This document shows positions 41,701-49,017 of a stretch of 64,000 bases of DNA, piece after piece. Within the stretch, counting starts at the first letter, position 1. Every line of letters begins with the position of its first letter. Source of the DNA: Alphaproteobacteria bacterium (GTDB lineage: Bacteria > Pseudomonadota > Alphaproteobacteria > MPNO01 > UBA830). The stretch spans positions 96,001 through 160,000 of the forward strand of contig OZ251539.1 in the NCBI GenBank assembly GCA_965243135.1, in the 5' to 3' direction. A program made the translations under genes and the position numbers. Under the pieces are notes generated by a model. The model saw nothing but the letters and a program-made list of their open reading frames with translations, did not search any database and was not told where the DNA came from.

Positions 41701-44484
41701 CGTCACTTGCTTGTCCGGCGCGTCCACGTCGTTGTCGTTGGCCGTCACCGTCACCGCGCCGACGCTGGCCGTGTTCCCCGCCGCGATGGTCAGGGTCTTG
41801 GCGGCGGAAAGGTCGAAGTCCGCCGCCGCCGCCCCCGCGCCGGGCGCGGCCGCCACCGTCAACGTCACCGCCTCGCTGGACGGCCGCGACAGCGTCGCCG
41901 TCACCGACGCCACCCCGCCGTTTTCGGAAATCGACGCCGGCGACAACGCCAGCGCCGCCGTCGGCAACGGATCGTCGTCGGTCAAGGTCAGCGGCACGCC
42001 GGGAGGCGCCGCGGCGTCGCCGTTCACCGTCCCCGAAACCGTCACCGACTTGTCCGGCGAGTCGGCGTCATTGTTCACCGCCGTGATCGTCACCGTGCCG
42101 GTGCTGGCGGTGGCCCCGGTCGCGAAGACCAGTTCCGGCGTCGCCGGCAGGCTGACGTCGGACGCCGCGGCGCCGTCGCCGGGCGTCACCGCCACCGTGA
42201 TCGTCGTCGGCGACAACGCCCCCTTGTCCAGCGTCGCCGTCACCGTCGCCACCCCGCCGTTTTCCCCGATCGAAGACGCCGACAGCGTCAGCGCCGCGTT
42301 CGGCGGCACCGCGACGGGCACCCATTCGGCGGCGAGAACGGCCGTGGGGCTTTTGTAAAAGACGATGACCACGCCGTCATTGTCGATCTCCGCCTGCGTC
42401 AGCGAGATCGTCGAGGGCACCGACGAGTGCCTGCCGATTCGCCGGCAGGCGCTCCCCAGCCTGTCTTGCGTGAACGTTCCATTCGTATACGCAACCCTCC
42501 TGTCGGCGCACGCATATATGTCGAAGGACCCCAAAGTCGCGTCTCCCACGATCCCGATCGGCTGCGAAGCCGTCTTGCCGACCAGGGACGCCGTGGTGAC
42601 GTCCAAGGCGCTCCTGGAGTAGGCGCCGGCGTTGTTCTTCCATGTCGTCGCGATCGGCAGCGAGCCGTCATTGTCGGCGATCGTCAGCGTAAGGCTCGCC
42701 GGGTCCTGCAGCCCGCCGCCCGTCACTCTGCCCGACACCGTCACCCGCTTGTTCGCCGTCCGCTCGTTGTCGTTGACGGCGGCGATCGTCACCGCGCCGA
42801 CGCTGGCCGTCGCCCCCGCCGCGATGGTCAGCGTGTTCGTCGAACTCAGCGTGAAATCGCCGTCCGCCGCGCCGGACGAAGACACCGCCGCCGCCGACAC
42901 CGCGATCGTCGTCGCCCGGCCCGACGCCACTCTCAGGCCGGCGGTCACCGTCGCCACTCCGCCTCCTTCCGAGATCGACGACGACGACAGCGACAAGGTC
43001 ACGTCCGGCTCCCGGTCGTCCTCGTCGATGGTCAGCGTCACGGCGCGGGGAGCCTTCACGTCGCCGGCCGCCGTCCCCGAAACGGTCACCGACCTGGCCC
43101 GCGAGTGGATCGCGTCGTCCACCGCCGCGATCGTCACCGCACCGGCGCTCGAGGTCGCGCCGCGGGCGAAAACCAGCGCGGCGCCGGACAGTCTGAAGTT
43201 GCCCGCAGCGGCGTTCGCGCCCGGGGCCGCCGCCACCGTGATCGTCGCCGCCGAAAGCGCCGCCTTGTCGAGCGTCGCCGTCACCGTGGCCACGCCGCCG
43301 TTCTCCGAAATCGACGACGGCGACACCGCCAGCGTCGCTTTCGGCAGCGCCACGATGGGCACCCATTCCGCGTAGTAATTGGTCCCGGCGTTTTCAATGA
43401 GGATGACCACGCCGTCGTTGTCGATCATCGCCTGCGTCAGCGATATCGCCGAGGGCACCTCGTCGTAGGCGAGGTTCGTGCAGATATTGCGGTCGGGCGG
43501 CGGGACCGTCCTGGTGGGGCATGCCCAGACATCGCCGTTTGCAGTTAGCAGGTCACGGGTGATCGCGATCGGCTGCGAAGCCGTCTTGCCGAGCAGCCGC
43601 TGCGTCGTAACGTCCCAATCATCGACCAAATGATTGAAGAGAAAGGTACTTCGCCACGACGTCCCGGCGGTCGGCACCGCGTCGTCGTTGTCCTCGATCG
43701 TCAGCGTCACGCTCGCCGGATCCGCCCGTCCGCCGCCGTCCACCGCGCCCGAAACCGTCACCGACTTGTTCGACGCCTGATCCACGTCGTCGTTCACGGC
43801 CGCGATCGTCACTCTGCCGGCGCTGGCCGTCGCATTGGCCGCGATGGTCAGCTTCGTTCCCGTCTGCGTGAAGTCCGCCATCGTGGCGCCGCTTCCCGCC
43901 GCCGCCGACACCGTGACCGTCGTCGCCACGTTCTCCGCCGCGCTCAAGCTGGCGGTCACCGTCGCCACTCCGCCGCCCTCCGAGATCGACGCGGGCGACA
44001 GCGACAGCGTCACAGTCGCCGCATCGTCGTCGACGATGCCCAGCGTCACGAAGCGGGGTGTCCGCACGTCGCCGTTCACCGTCCCCGAAACCCTCACCGA
44101 CTTGCCCCACAGGCGCGCCGCGTTGTCCACCGCGGTTATCGTCACCACGCCCGTACTGGTCGTGTTCCCGGCCGCGATGGTCAGCGTCTTCGCCGTGGAG
44201 AGCGTGAAGTCGGCGCGAGTAGCGACGCCCGCGGGGTCGGCCGACACCGTGATCGTCGCGGCCGCGCTCGACGCGCCGGAAAGCGTCGCCGTCACCGTGG
44301 CCACGCCGCCGTTCTCCGAAATCGACGGCGCGGACAGCACCAGCGCCGCCGTCGGCCGCACGTCCTGCGCCGCCGCCTCGGGCGGGGCGGCGACCGTCAC
44401 GGCGGCGAACAGCGCCAACGCCGCAAGAGGACCGCCCGCCCGAACGTTCTCCCCGGCGGTGCGGCGGTTTTCCGACTTCGGCAC
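29716..44484 (-). CDS. Giant (4922 aa) autotransporter adhesin with tandem Calx-beta/Ig-like repeats
   Basis: GGAGG RBS, signal peptide (AAA-Q), dozens of ~115-aa LS..SISE.GG.ATVTATL...TLT..DDD repeats, C-terminal beta-barrel ending FDLRLRW. Confidence 0.93.
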   Translation of the reverse strand: MPKSENRRTAGENVRAGGPLAALALFAAVTVAAPPEAAAQDVRPTAALVLSAPSISENGGVATVTATLSGASSAAATITVSADPAGVATRADFTLSTAKTLTIAAGNTTSTGVVTITAVDNAARLWGKSVRVSGTVNGDVRTPRFVTLGIVDDDAATVTLSLSPASISEGGGVATVTASLSAAENVATTVTVSAAAGSGATMADFTQTGTKLTIAANATASAGRVTIAAVNDDVDQASNKSVTVSGAVDGGGRADPASVTLTIEDNDDAVPTAGTSWRSTFLFNHLVDDWDVTTQRLLGKTASQPIAITRDLLTANGDVWACPTRTVPPPDRNICTNLAYDEVPSAISLTQAMIDNDGVVILIENAGTNYYAEWVPIVALPKATLAVSPSSISENGGVATVTATLDKAALSAATITVAAAPGANAAAGNFRLSGAALVFARGATSSAGAVTIAAVDDAIHSRARSVTVSGTAAGDVKAPRAVTLTIDEDDREPDVTLSLSSSSISEGGGVATVTAGLRVASGRATTIAVSAAAVSSSGAADGDFTLSSTNTLTIAAGATASVGAVTIAAVNDNERTANKRVTVSGRVTGGGLQDPASLTLTIADNDGSLPIATTWKNNAGAYSRSALDVTTASLVGKTASQPIGIVGDATLGSFDIYACADRRVAYTNGTFTQDRLGSACRRIGRHSSVPSTISLTQAEIDNDGVVIVFYKSPTAVLAAEWVPVAVPPNAALTLSASSIGENGGVATVTATLDKGALSPTTITVAVTPGDGAAASDVSLPATPELVFATGATASTGTVTITAVNNDADSPDKSVTVSGTVNGDAAAPPGVPLTLTDDDPLPTAALALSPASISENGGVASVTATLSRPSSEAVTLTVAAAPGAGAAAADFDLSAAKTLTIAAGNTASVGAVTVTANDNDVDAPDKQVTVSAAAAGGRGVAAPSNLTLTLEDDETPTVTLELSSSSIAENGGAATVTASLDLAPSAAVTVTVSASPGSGTDFTLSSTNALTIAAGATASAGVVTLTAADDDRHAPDRNVTVSGAASSGTTLVQPSDVVLTIADDEALPTLTLALSATSISETGGVTTVTATLSGKSGEALTATVAAAAGTGAAAADFALSTAKTLTIAAGATASAGVVTVTANGNDVDTADKSVTISVTLAGGHGVAAPSDLTLTLTDDDTAGVTFTPTALTLTEEGSGKNLTLVLDSEPPAGQTTWVGIYPDIGLQLEGSHGFPQGINYSFTASDWNTAQTVSVNALADADHQDGTLRLRYVVAGYGLGDVGQGVAHAQRPVAVTVTVEDDDKPVVTLALSASSISETGGVATVTATLDKAASEATTVTVAAAGTGAAAADFDLSATNTLTIAAGATASAGTVTVTANGNDVHSGDKSVTVSATADGGDGASDPDDVTLTLADDESLPTVTLALSESSISEQGGEATVTATLSGKSSEATTVTVRAAAGTGAAAADFDLSAANTLTIAAGSTASSGDVTIAANGNDLHSGNKSVTVSGAAAGGNDVAAPSSLTLTLADDETLPTLALALSSSSISETGGAATVTATLSGKSSEAVTVTVSALPGTGAAAADFDLSAANTLTIAAGSTASAGTVTVTANGNTVDSPDKSVTVSGTATGGNDVAEPSSLTLTLTDDDTATLTLLLSDPISGQADTIKELATAPGSERMTTVTARLSVPASAAVTVTVSATADTNAAADDFTLSTAKTLTIAAGSTASAGTVTITAVDDRIDSIVDDAVAGKKVVVKGVLGSALTLAAPADVELLIWEDDRAALVTDPAFPRCRRAPCPVWLSVAEGASDTFTVKLNSEPTTSIVVAVKSSESDEGLVSSGSGAAAASTRLTFTATNWETAQTVTLHGVVDDVVDGDDDYTLRLVPDTPDEATDAYHVIGGASARPQTVRTTDVDTAGLTVSESALTVTEGGAERTFTVKLTSKPAAAVTVTATSADGDEVQLARNAGDANARAFAASKELAFTAGDWNDAQTLRVTAVDDDRDDPANLPVAITLDAASGGDSHYGALDDETVDVTKDDNDPTPTVTLALSSSSISETGGVATVTATLSGKSDDAVTVTVAASPGTGAAAADFDLSTAKTLTIAAGSTASVGVATVTANGNDVDAPDKQVTISGTVAGGHGLLSNPSSVTLTLTDDETLPTVALALSSSSISETGGVATVTATLSAVSSEAVTVTVAAAAGSGAAAADFDLSAAKTLTIAAGGTTSAGTVTVTANGNDVHSGDKQVTVSAAAAGGNNVAAPPNVTLTLTDDETLPTVALVLSSPSISETGGVATVTATLSGKSSEAVTVTVGAAAGTGAAAADFGLSAAKTLTIAAGGTTSAGTVTVTANGNDVHSGDKSVTVSAAAAGGNNAAAPPNVTLTLTDDETLPTVALALSSPSISETGGVATVTATLSGKSSEAVTVTVGAAAGTGAAAADFDLSAAKTLTIAAGGTTSAGVVTVTANGNTVDSPNKPVTVSGMVTGGNNVAAPSSLTLTLTDDDALPTATLLLSAAAIDESGASNVTTVTARLDHGSSEPVTVTVSLSPVSSTGAVAGDYALSSTNTLTIAAGATASAGLVTVTANDNDVDAPNREVTVSGTADGGRGVADPAGKTLTIRDDDGAPGVTLSLNVASIWENVQPSAVSATLSHPSSAATTVTVTPVAGAFTAPSGAGRRIVFTAGNTTSSHTVSITSVDNDVDEPDRMVTVTATVANSQGAGSVTSATLTIRDNEATPTVTLSVNPTSISESGDTATVSATLSGKSSEPTTVTVTAQTNVYSAPSGAAGRIVIAAGDTTAAGDTVTITAADNDVDAADNAATVTATAGNGHAVGAVAGASLTIADDDTAGFAILPTTSTSSRLRTTEAGGTAAFTVALESEPTGNVELDLASSDATEGAVSPSSLTFTSTNWNTAQTVTLTGQDDAAADGNQDYQATLTVDTANTADAVYDALSAVTVYAENADDEYRLVVGEVTGQATEAGGTATFTVALLSRPAQAVTVAVTSRDSSEGRVSPSTLTFQPGSWSATRMVTVTGEDDDVDDGDVSWDVRLDPSSGDANYNALADADVSVTTTDDDGPPGVTLAVSPAAISENGGAATVRAVLSRPSGAATTVTVTGVSGAFTAPSGAAGRIVIAAGNTVNASDTVTITAVNDAVHQGGPGRQATVTATVANDRASADSTTMAVTAATLTLTDDESPPGATLALSDASIAENGGASAVSATLSRASAAATTVTVTAVSGFYTVGSDATIVIAAGDTTAASDTAAIAAVDNDVDEPDRTATVTATLANDRGAGSVTGAQLTLEDDETLPAATLALSSSSIAEAGGVTTVTATLDGKSSQALTLTVASAAGAKAAPADFSQTGTTLTIAAEATASTGRVTIRANDNMVASGSKQVTVSATSAGGNGAANPANAVLTLTDDDTPQVTLALSSSSIGENGGATTVTATLDRMSAVAVTVTVSASPGSGTDFTLSSANTLTFAANATASAGAVTITATDNDTDAPNKTVTVSGTASDNLGLANNPPSVTLTITDDDAAPGVTLSLSDASIAENGGTAAVSAALSHPSSAATTVTVTASSGFFTVPSGAAGRIVIAAGDTTAASDTVTITAVNNDVDEPNRMATVTATAANGQGAGNVTNVTLTLEDDDATPTVTLSANPMSISENGGTAAVSATLSGRSSQPTTVTVTAQANVYSVASGAGATIVVAAGQTASSDTATITAVDNAVDAADNAATVTGTAANGHGVTAAATGASLTIADDDTAGVVMDPETTTASRVRTSEDGSQATVEVTLATEPTGNVEIDVASQDTAQGTASPSSLTFTPTDWNTAQTVTLTGVDDNPGAPDGSQNYTVTLTVDTTNTADANYDALSAAAIYARNLDDEAGVEVSPTSGLSTTEGGGAATFTVRLLSEPEGVVAVPLASSDPGEGAVSPSSLTFTAGNWNTAQTVTVTGVDDDADDGDASYVIETGDPSSATAAAYDGLEAGDVDDVSVTNADDDATPTVTLALSRTVVDENPEAPAEERRTTVTARLSHPSGTATTITVESSAAGDYALSANAMLTIGAGEIASAGEVTITAVDDDVDAADKTVTVSGRAENDRAAADSTTVAVTGAELTITDDDERGFAFDPAATVAAAVGASAEYTVAPTSEPAGDVTVEIAPDDADLTVSPALLTFTAANWKTPRTVTVTAMADDDDLADAATLTHAASGGGYDGVSRALSVAVAEAGDARIVADDEAGTTIYNVNGRLVTVTVEKGAENVEITLPEDLDRAVSMAVAPLPADRVAEAAGPGFSLGRDAASRVAVDVTVAPAPPGGVRLCLPVTVGLREAAGDRDLVLLRRGEPVPGSDEVEGPDGLAIQVCADGVAAFSPFAVGYADTRPAFPDDFTLTALVFTVDEEIDPVTLRKATDGDGTRHRLLPEPLVLPPGLAFDEDGTGACRKALALCGTPTEVFAKRDYAWTATDVDGDADEVEFTIEVVSNLEEARARLAAVNESILPELSRAAWGSVVDAVAGRLESPEPGAGMAAAAAALKAQEGSQDNGEGVSWRDLVTGRTFAVGAGGAGGGGSGGAVMWGSGDRRSLSLDKAALDWSGELFSAHVGIDTPLGARLRGGVGASWFESAIEYTDRSGEAAVSGVHESRMTSVHPYLGWTGPDGARLWGTLGYGEGEIEITDAEVLDRFGVQRGDSAFMGAAVGGSVPVWSAGGLTLALKGSGEATRYTVDDNGSALAAVAVDTRRLRLAAEGSRAYALPGGGTLTPSLEAGGRWDGGDGETGAGVELGGGLEWTLPSRGLAVEARGRTLAAHAGAMEEWGASGSVRLSPDPDGRGLSFELSPQWGASESGLSRLWNEGVAGRGSPDGGAGAARLEAELGYGFRDGAGVATPYAGFGYEEDGDRRYRLGMRFELGPRFAVGLEAERKEGAIRPEHGVRFDLRLRW

Positions 44485-44684
44485 GTCGAACGATACCTCC
44501 CAAGCTCCTTGAAGTCATACATCAACGGTTGCGTCGTTGACACCCCGCGCGGGGACCCGGCTCCCGCGACGGACTCGATCCTTGTCGCCGACGGTCGCCC
44601 TTTTCTATGCCGCCATCAACTCTGGACGCGCAGCTTGAGCGTCGCCGCGTCCGTGCCGACGACCGGCCATGCCCGCACGTCGCC

Positions 44685-44840
44685 CAATCAGCGTATCCGG
44701 CGCAAAGTCGACACGGCGCTCGACGCCGGCGCCTTCTGGCCGGAACCGCTCCTCCAACTCAACCCGGCTTTCAAACCGGGAGGACGATCTGGTTGCGGAA
44801 GGGATACTCCACGAAGAGCGCGCCCGGATTTTCCGGCCAG
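44685..44840 (+). pseudogene. N-terminal remnant of a large DEAD/DEAH-box helicase
   Basis: RIRRKVDTALDAGAFWPEPLLQLNPAFKPGG / DDLVAEGILHEERARIFR in two frames. Confidence 0.6.
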
Positions 44841-45108
44841 ACCTGCCTGTGCCCCATAAGGTTTCGCTGAACTCCGGATCCTCCGCGAGCTCGTCGAGCG
44901 GGACATCCCCGTCCCGAACCTCCGCCGCGAGGAACTCCGCGGCGGCCTTTGGCGCGACCGTCTTCGCCGACGATGCGTCGGCCCGACTTGCCGGACGCTC
45001 AACGGGCATGGGACGGCGCGGCGTCCGCGCCTGAAATTAGGGTTGTCCCTCCCCCCAACCACTGTAGAGACGGCATGGACTCAGGTGTCGTGCGCGCAAC
45101 CGAAAGGA

Positions 45109-45457
45109 ATGGCAACGAACATCAACACGCCGCTGCCGATCATGGCGGAACACGAAACCATACGCTCCGTCTCCGACGGAGGAATTCGCCACCCGGTATC
45201 GCGAGGATCCGGGCTTCCGCTCGCGAGCGGACACGAATCCGAGAGCCGTTCTCAACGACTTCGGCGTCGACCTGTCTCCCGGATACGACGTCAGGATCGA
45301 GGAGGACTTGGACGAGGTTTTCCACTTCGTCATGCCGTCCGACCCGAACATGACCTTGTCGGACGCGGACATGGAAATGATCGCCGGCGGCAAGGGGGGC
45401 AAGCGGCTCAACCCGACGTGGCAGCGCATCACCGGCAGGGAATACTCGGAGTGCTAA
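45109..45457 (+). pseudogene. Second NHLP precursor, frameshifted near the 5' end and absent from the ORF track; core KGGKRLNPTWQRITGREYSEC
   Basis: From 45179: EEFATRYREDPGFRSRADTNPRAVLNDFGVDLSPGYDVRIEEDLDEVFHFVMPSDPNMTLSDADMEMIAGG-core-TAA(45455-57); ATGs at 45109 and 45142 are in another frame. Confidence 0.8.
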
Positions 45458-45533
45458 ACCTTGGCCGCGCCCGGACCGTTCCTCGCCGGTTTCGGCGGCG
45501 CGGGCCGGGCGCGAACCCCGGAGCGGATTCCGA

Positions 45534-46325
45534 ATGTACTGGATAATGCAGACCCAGCTGTTCGAGGGTCTCCAGGACGCGATGGACGCCCACGCGCTCG
45601 AGGCGTTTCCCGGGGAGGCGCTGGGGGCCGTGTTCGGGAGCCGCGCCGACCCCGTTTATCGCTCCGTCGCCGAGGTCGCGGACAACTCGCGCGCCAATTT
45701 CCGGGTCGAGGAGGTCGCGCTGCGGGAAGACACGCACGGCTCCTTGCTGGCGGTGGTGCACACGCGTTCCTCGACCGCGGCCGGGAACGACGACCTCGAC
45801 CTGTCGCTGTTCGTTCCGAGCGCGGCGGAGATGCGCGCGCAGGCGGCCTTGGCGGTACCCTTCGGCGTCGTGGTGTGCGACCGGTCGCGGTGCATCGATC
45901 GCTTCTGGTTCGGGGACCAGTGCCCCATGCTGCCTCTGCTGAACCGGCCGTTCCGGCACGGGGTGACGGATTGCTACTCGCTCATTCGCGACTACTACCG
46001 TCAGGAGCGGAACGTCCTGCTGCCCGACTTTCCGCGCGACTGGAACTGGTGGTTGGAAGGTCTGGACCTCTACCGGGCGGGGTTTGAGAAGGCGGGGTTC
46101 CGGGCCATCGACGCGGCGGATTCCGGCATCGGGGACGTGGTCTTGTTCCGTGTGCGGTCGAAGGTGCCCAATCACGCGGCCGTGGTGCAGGCCGACGGGA
46201 GGATGGTGCACCACCCGGGGTCTCTCCGGCCCTACGACAGCTTGCAGACGAGCCGTTGCGAGCCGCTGGAGCGGTGGAGGCGCTTCGTCACCCATTGGCT
46301 GCGCCACGAAGGCGATGCCGGCTGA
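45534..46325 (+). CDS. JAB/MPN + NlpC/P60 (C40) protein, lambda gpK-like
   Basis: HALEAFPGEALG, AVVHTR, PSAAEM; PLLNRPFRHGVTDCYSLIRDYY, VPNHAAV, MVHH. Confidence 0.88.
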   Translation: MYWIMQTQLFEGLQDAMDAHALEAFPGEALGAVFGSRADPVYRSVAEVADNSRANFRVEEVALREDTHGSLLAVVHTRSSTAAGNDDLDLSLFVPSAAEMRAQAALAVPFGVVVCDRSRCIDRFWFGDQCPMLPLLNRPFRHGVTDCYSLIRDYYRQERNVLLPDFPRDWNWWLEGLDLYRAGFEKAGFRAIDAADSGIGDVVLFRVRSKVPNHAAVVQADGRMVHHPGSLRPYDSLQTSRCEPLERWRRFVTHWLRHEGDAG

Positions 46326-46595
46326 ACGCCGCGGCCGACGTGGTGCACGTCCGGCCGGGGCGCCCGAACCGCGCGTCGCCTGTTCGACCAGAACAGGTCT
46401 CCCGGGCGAGAAAGCCCCGCATGACTTGCTCGGCGTCCGCGTCCCGGCCCCAGGCGGGCGGGCAGCGGTCGTCCGGCTTCCCTGCCATGTTCCCGAAGTC
46501 GCCGGTCGGCGGATAGCCGAGACCGGGCCGCGCGCTCCTCCCGTCGGGACCGGCGCGTCGGTCGCGGCCTCCTCACGAGCGGGCAGAAGGACGCG

Positions 46596-48123
46596 GTGAA
46601 ATTGATCCTGTCCGGGAAGGATCGGACGGTGGGCGTCCAAGGCTACGTCGGGACCGGCAAGACCGCCATGCTGAACCGCGCCCTCCTGGAGAAGCGCGGG
46701 TTCAAGGTCAAGGGGCTGGTGCCGTCGGCCTCGGCCGCACGTACGCCCGCCTCCGAAGCCGGCATCGAGAGCGAGATCCTGCAACGGTTCCTTGTCCGCA
46801 ACGCCGGCGTCGCCGAGGGACGGCTCACGGACAAGGGCGAACGGACGATGCGCACGACGTTCGAGAATACCGTCCTGGTGGTGGACGAAGGATCGCTCGC
46901 CTCCACCGTCCAAGCCCGTGACCTGCTGCGGATGGCCAACGTCTTGCGCGTTTCCCGGGTCGTGCAGCTCGACGCCGTGGATGCCGACAAGCCGTTCGCG
47001 CAGCGGGCCGGCATGAAGACGGCGACGGTGGACGAGATCATGCGCCAACGCGATCCCAGCTTGAAGGCGGCGGTCGAGGCGAGCCTCGCGGACGATGCGG
47101 AGAAGGCGTTCGAGAAGCTCGGCGACGACGCGGCGGGGGTGAAGGCCGACAATCTCGCCGGCGCGCCCGCCGCCCGCTGGCTCCGGCTCTCGGCCCCTGA
47201 GCGCGGGAACGCCGGGCTGATGGCCCCGAGCCACGCGCTACGCGAGGAGATCAACGACGCGAACGGCTGATCCGCGATGGCGTGACACGGGACCGGCGAT
47301 GGAGACGAAGCGCCTAGTCTCGCTCGGCTACACGCGGGCGGAAAAGGCGCTCGCCGCCAACTACGCGCCCGGCGATGTGGTCGCGTTCCATCGCGCCTAC
47401 AAGCGGCTCGGGGTCGAGAAGGGAGACGAGTTGCGCGTCGTCGGCATCGACCGGGGCGCCGACGCCGTGAAGCTGGAGGGAAAGGACGGATCGGTCATCG
47501 CCTGGGATCCTTACAGGCTCGCCGGCAGAACCGGTGGGGTCGAGGTCTACCGTGTCGAGGAGATGGAGTTCGGCCAGGGCGATCGCATCCGCTGGACCCG
47601 GAACGATGCGCGACGCGAACTGGTCAACAGCGCTACGGCCGAGGTGACGGCGGCGAAGGATGGGACGGTGCGGTTCCATTTCGAAGACGGGCGGAGCCTG
47701 GACATGCGCCGGGATGATCCGCAGCTGCGCCACGTCGACCGCGCCTGGGCCTCCACCGTCCACGCCTTCCAGAGCCGCACCGTCGATACCGTCATCGCGG
47801 CGATGGAAGCGAATCACCCCCACCTGACGACGCAGAAGACCCTCTACGTCGAAATCAGCCGCACCCGGGACCGCGCCGAACCGGTCACCGACGACCGGAG
47901 CGCGCTGCGCGAACGGCTGGAAGTCGCCACCGGCGAGCGCACCGCGGCGCTGGAGGCGGTCAAGCCGGAAAGGACAAGGGGGCGCGAGGTGGGGCTGCAT
48001 GTGAACCGGAACGAGGACCGAGACAGCGATGCCGCCGAATCGCGACAGTCGGAACGGACGTCCAGAGCGGAAATGAAGAAGGCGCGGGTGCCGAAGAGCG
48101 TCGATCGCGACATGGAGCTGTAG
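46596..48123 (+). pseudogene. C-terminal helicase part of a TrwC/TraI (MOBF) conjugative relaxase, split
   Basis: VGVQGYVGTGKT, VVDEGS, EIMRQR, GDRIRWTRND, ASTVHAFQ, YVEISR; no relaxase domain; stop at 47270. Confidence 0.85.
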
Positions 48124-48564
48124 TACATGGAGCTGTAGTGCACCCGCACCCACATCAGAGACGGCGCGGACGGTTCCAGAGATGCGGTTGCGACCCAACC
48201 TTTCCAGGAAGACTTGTCTCGCAATATTGAAACGCCGCCCAGTACGCCGCCCAGTACACCGTATAAGTGTTCAGCTGCCGTGGCAGCGCCGATAACGGCC
48301 GTGTCTATCGATGGGTGGCAAGTCAGCGTCTTGGTTCAATGCCTATGAGACGCCGCGTGGGCCGCTGGAGGCGGTGGGTCAAGCCGCTTTGCGGCTTCCT
48401 CCGCTGCGCTCCAGCCCTTCGGGTGACCACCCGCCGCTCTCAACGGCTCCGAGGACAGCCATAGCCGCAAGCAGGCTTCCGGCCATGGACAAGACACCGG
48501 ATACCGACTGGCCCGATGGGCCGTGTCTCACATGTGTTTGAACCAAGTCAGGTAGGACGGTTCG

Positions 48565-49017
48565 ATGGGTACGGTTCTCGAAGACGTCACAAGCGAGACG
48601 CTCAGCGCAGAAGACATCATGCAGCGCGTGGTGGACTGGGAGACGCGCGTGACGAACTTCTACACCATGATCGACGGCTGGCTACCGGATGGATGGCAGG
48701 CATGTGAAGGCGAACCCGTGTTCATGCATGAAGAGCTGATGCGCAGGTTCCGTATCGGACGGAAAGAGATACCGACTCGTATTCTCACTGGACGCACGGG
48801 CAATTCGGCCTGGCTAAAGCCGCGCGCATTGTGGATCATCGGCGTCAATGGTCGTATCGACCTGAAGCGAGACGGTCCCGAAGCATCAATTCACCACTAC
48901 CTTATCGTCGATATGGCTTCGAACTTCAAGCCTCCGGATTGGCAGGTTGTTCCTGCCAAACGGCGATACGACCGGGAGCCAGTCACCGAAGATTGGTTAA
49001 AGCGTATCTTGAAGTGA
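48565..49017 (+). CDS. Hypothetical protein
   Basis: 150-aa ORF, lower GC, PRALWIIGVNGRIDL; GTGA overlap with the next gene. Confidence 0.7.
   Translation: MGTVLEDVTSETLSAEDIMQRVVDWETRVTNFYTMIDGWLPDGWQACEGEPVFMHEELMRRFRIGRKEIPTRILTGRTGNSAWLKPRALWIIGVNGRIDLKRDGPEASIHHYLIVDMASNFKPPDWQVVPAKRRYDREPVTEDWLKRILK

Noticed and set aside
31912-43548. 3878-aa ORF on the + strand
   Set aside because: Arg/His-rich antisense shadow of the GC-rich repetitive autotransporter; no domain features
29716-44484. Diversity-generating retroelement acting on the adhesin
   Set aside because: No reverse transcriptase and no adenine-specific TR/VR pair visible
44605-45009. 134-aa minus-strand ORF as a third precursor (EDPEF motif)
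   Set aside because: No double-Gly leader end, and its 3' half overlaps the helicase remnant on the opposite strand
45534-46325. Prophage
   Set aside because: Only a gpK-like gene is present; no capsid, terminase or other tail genes
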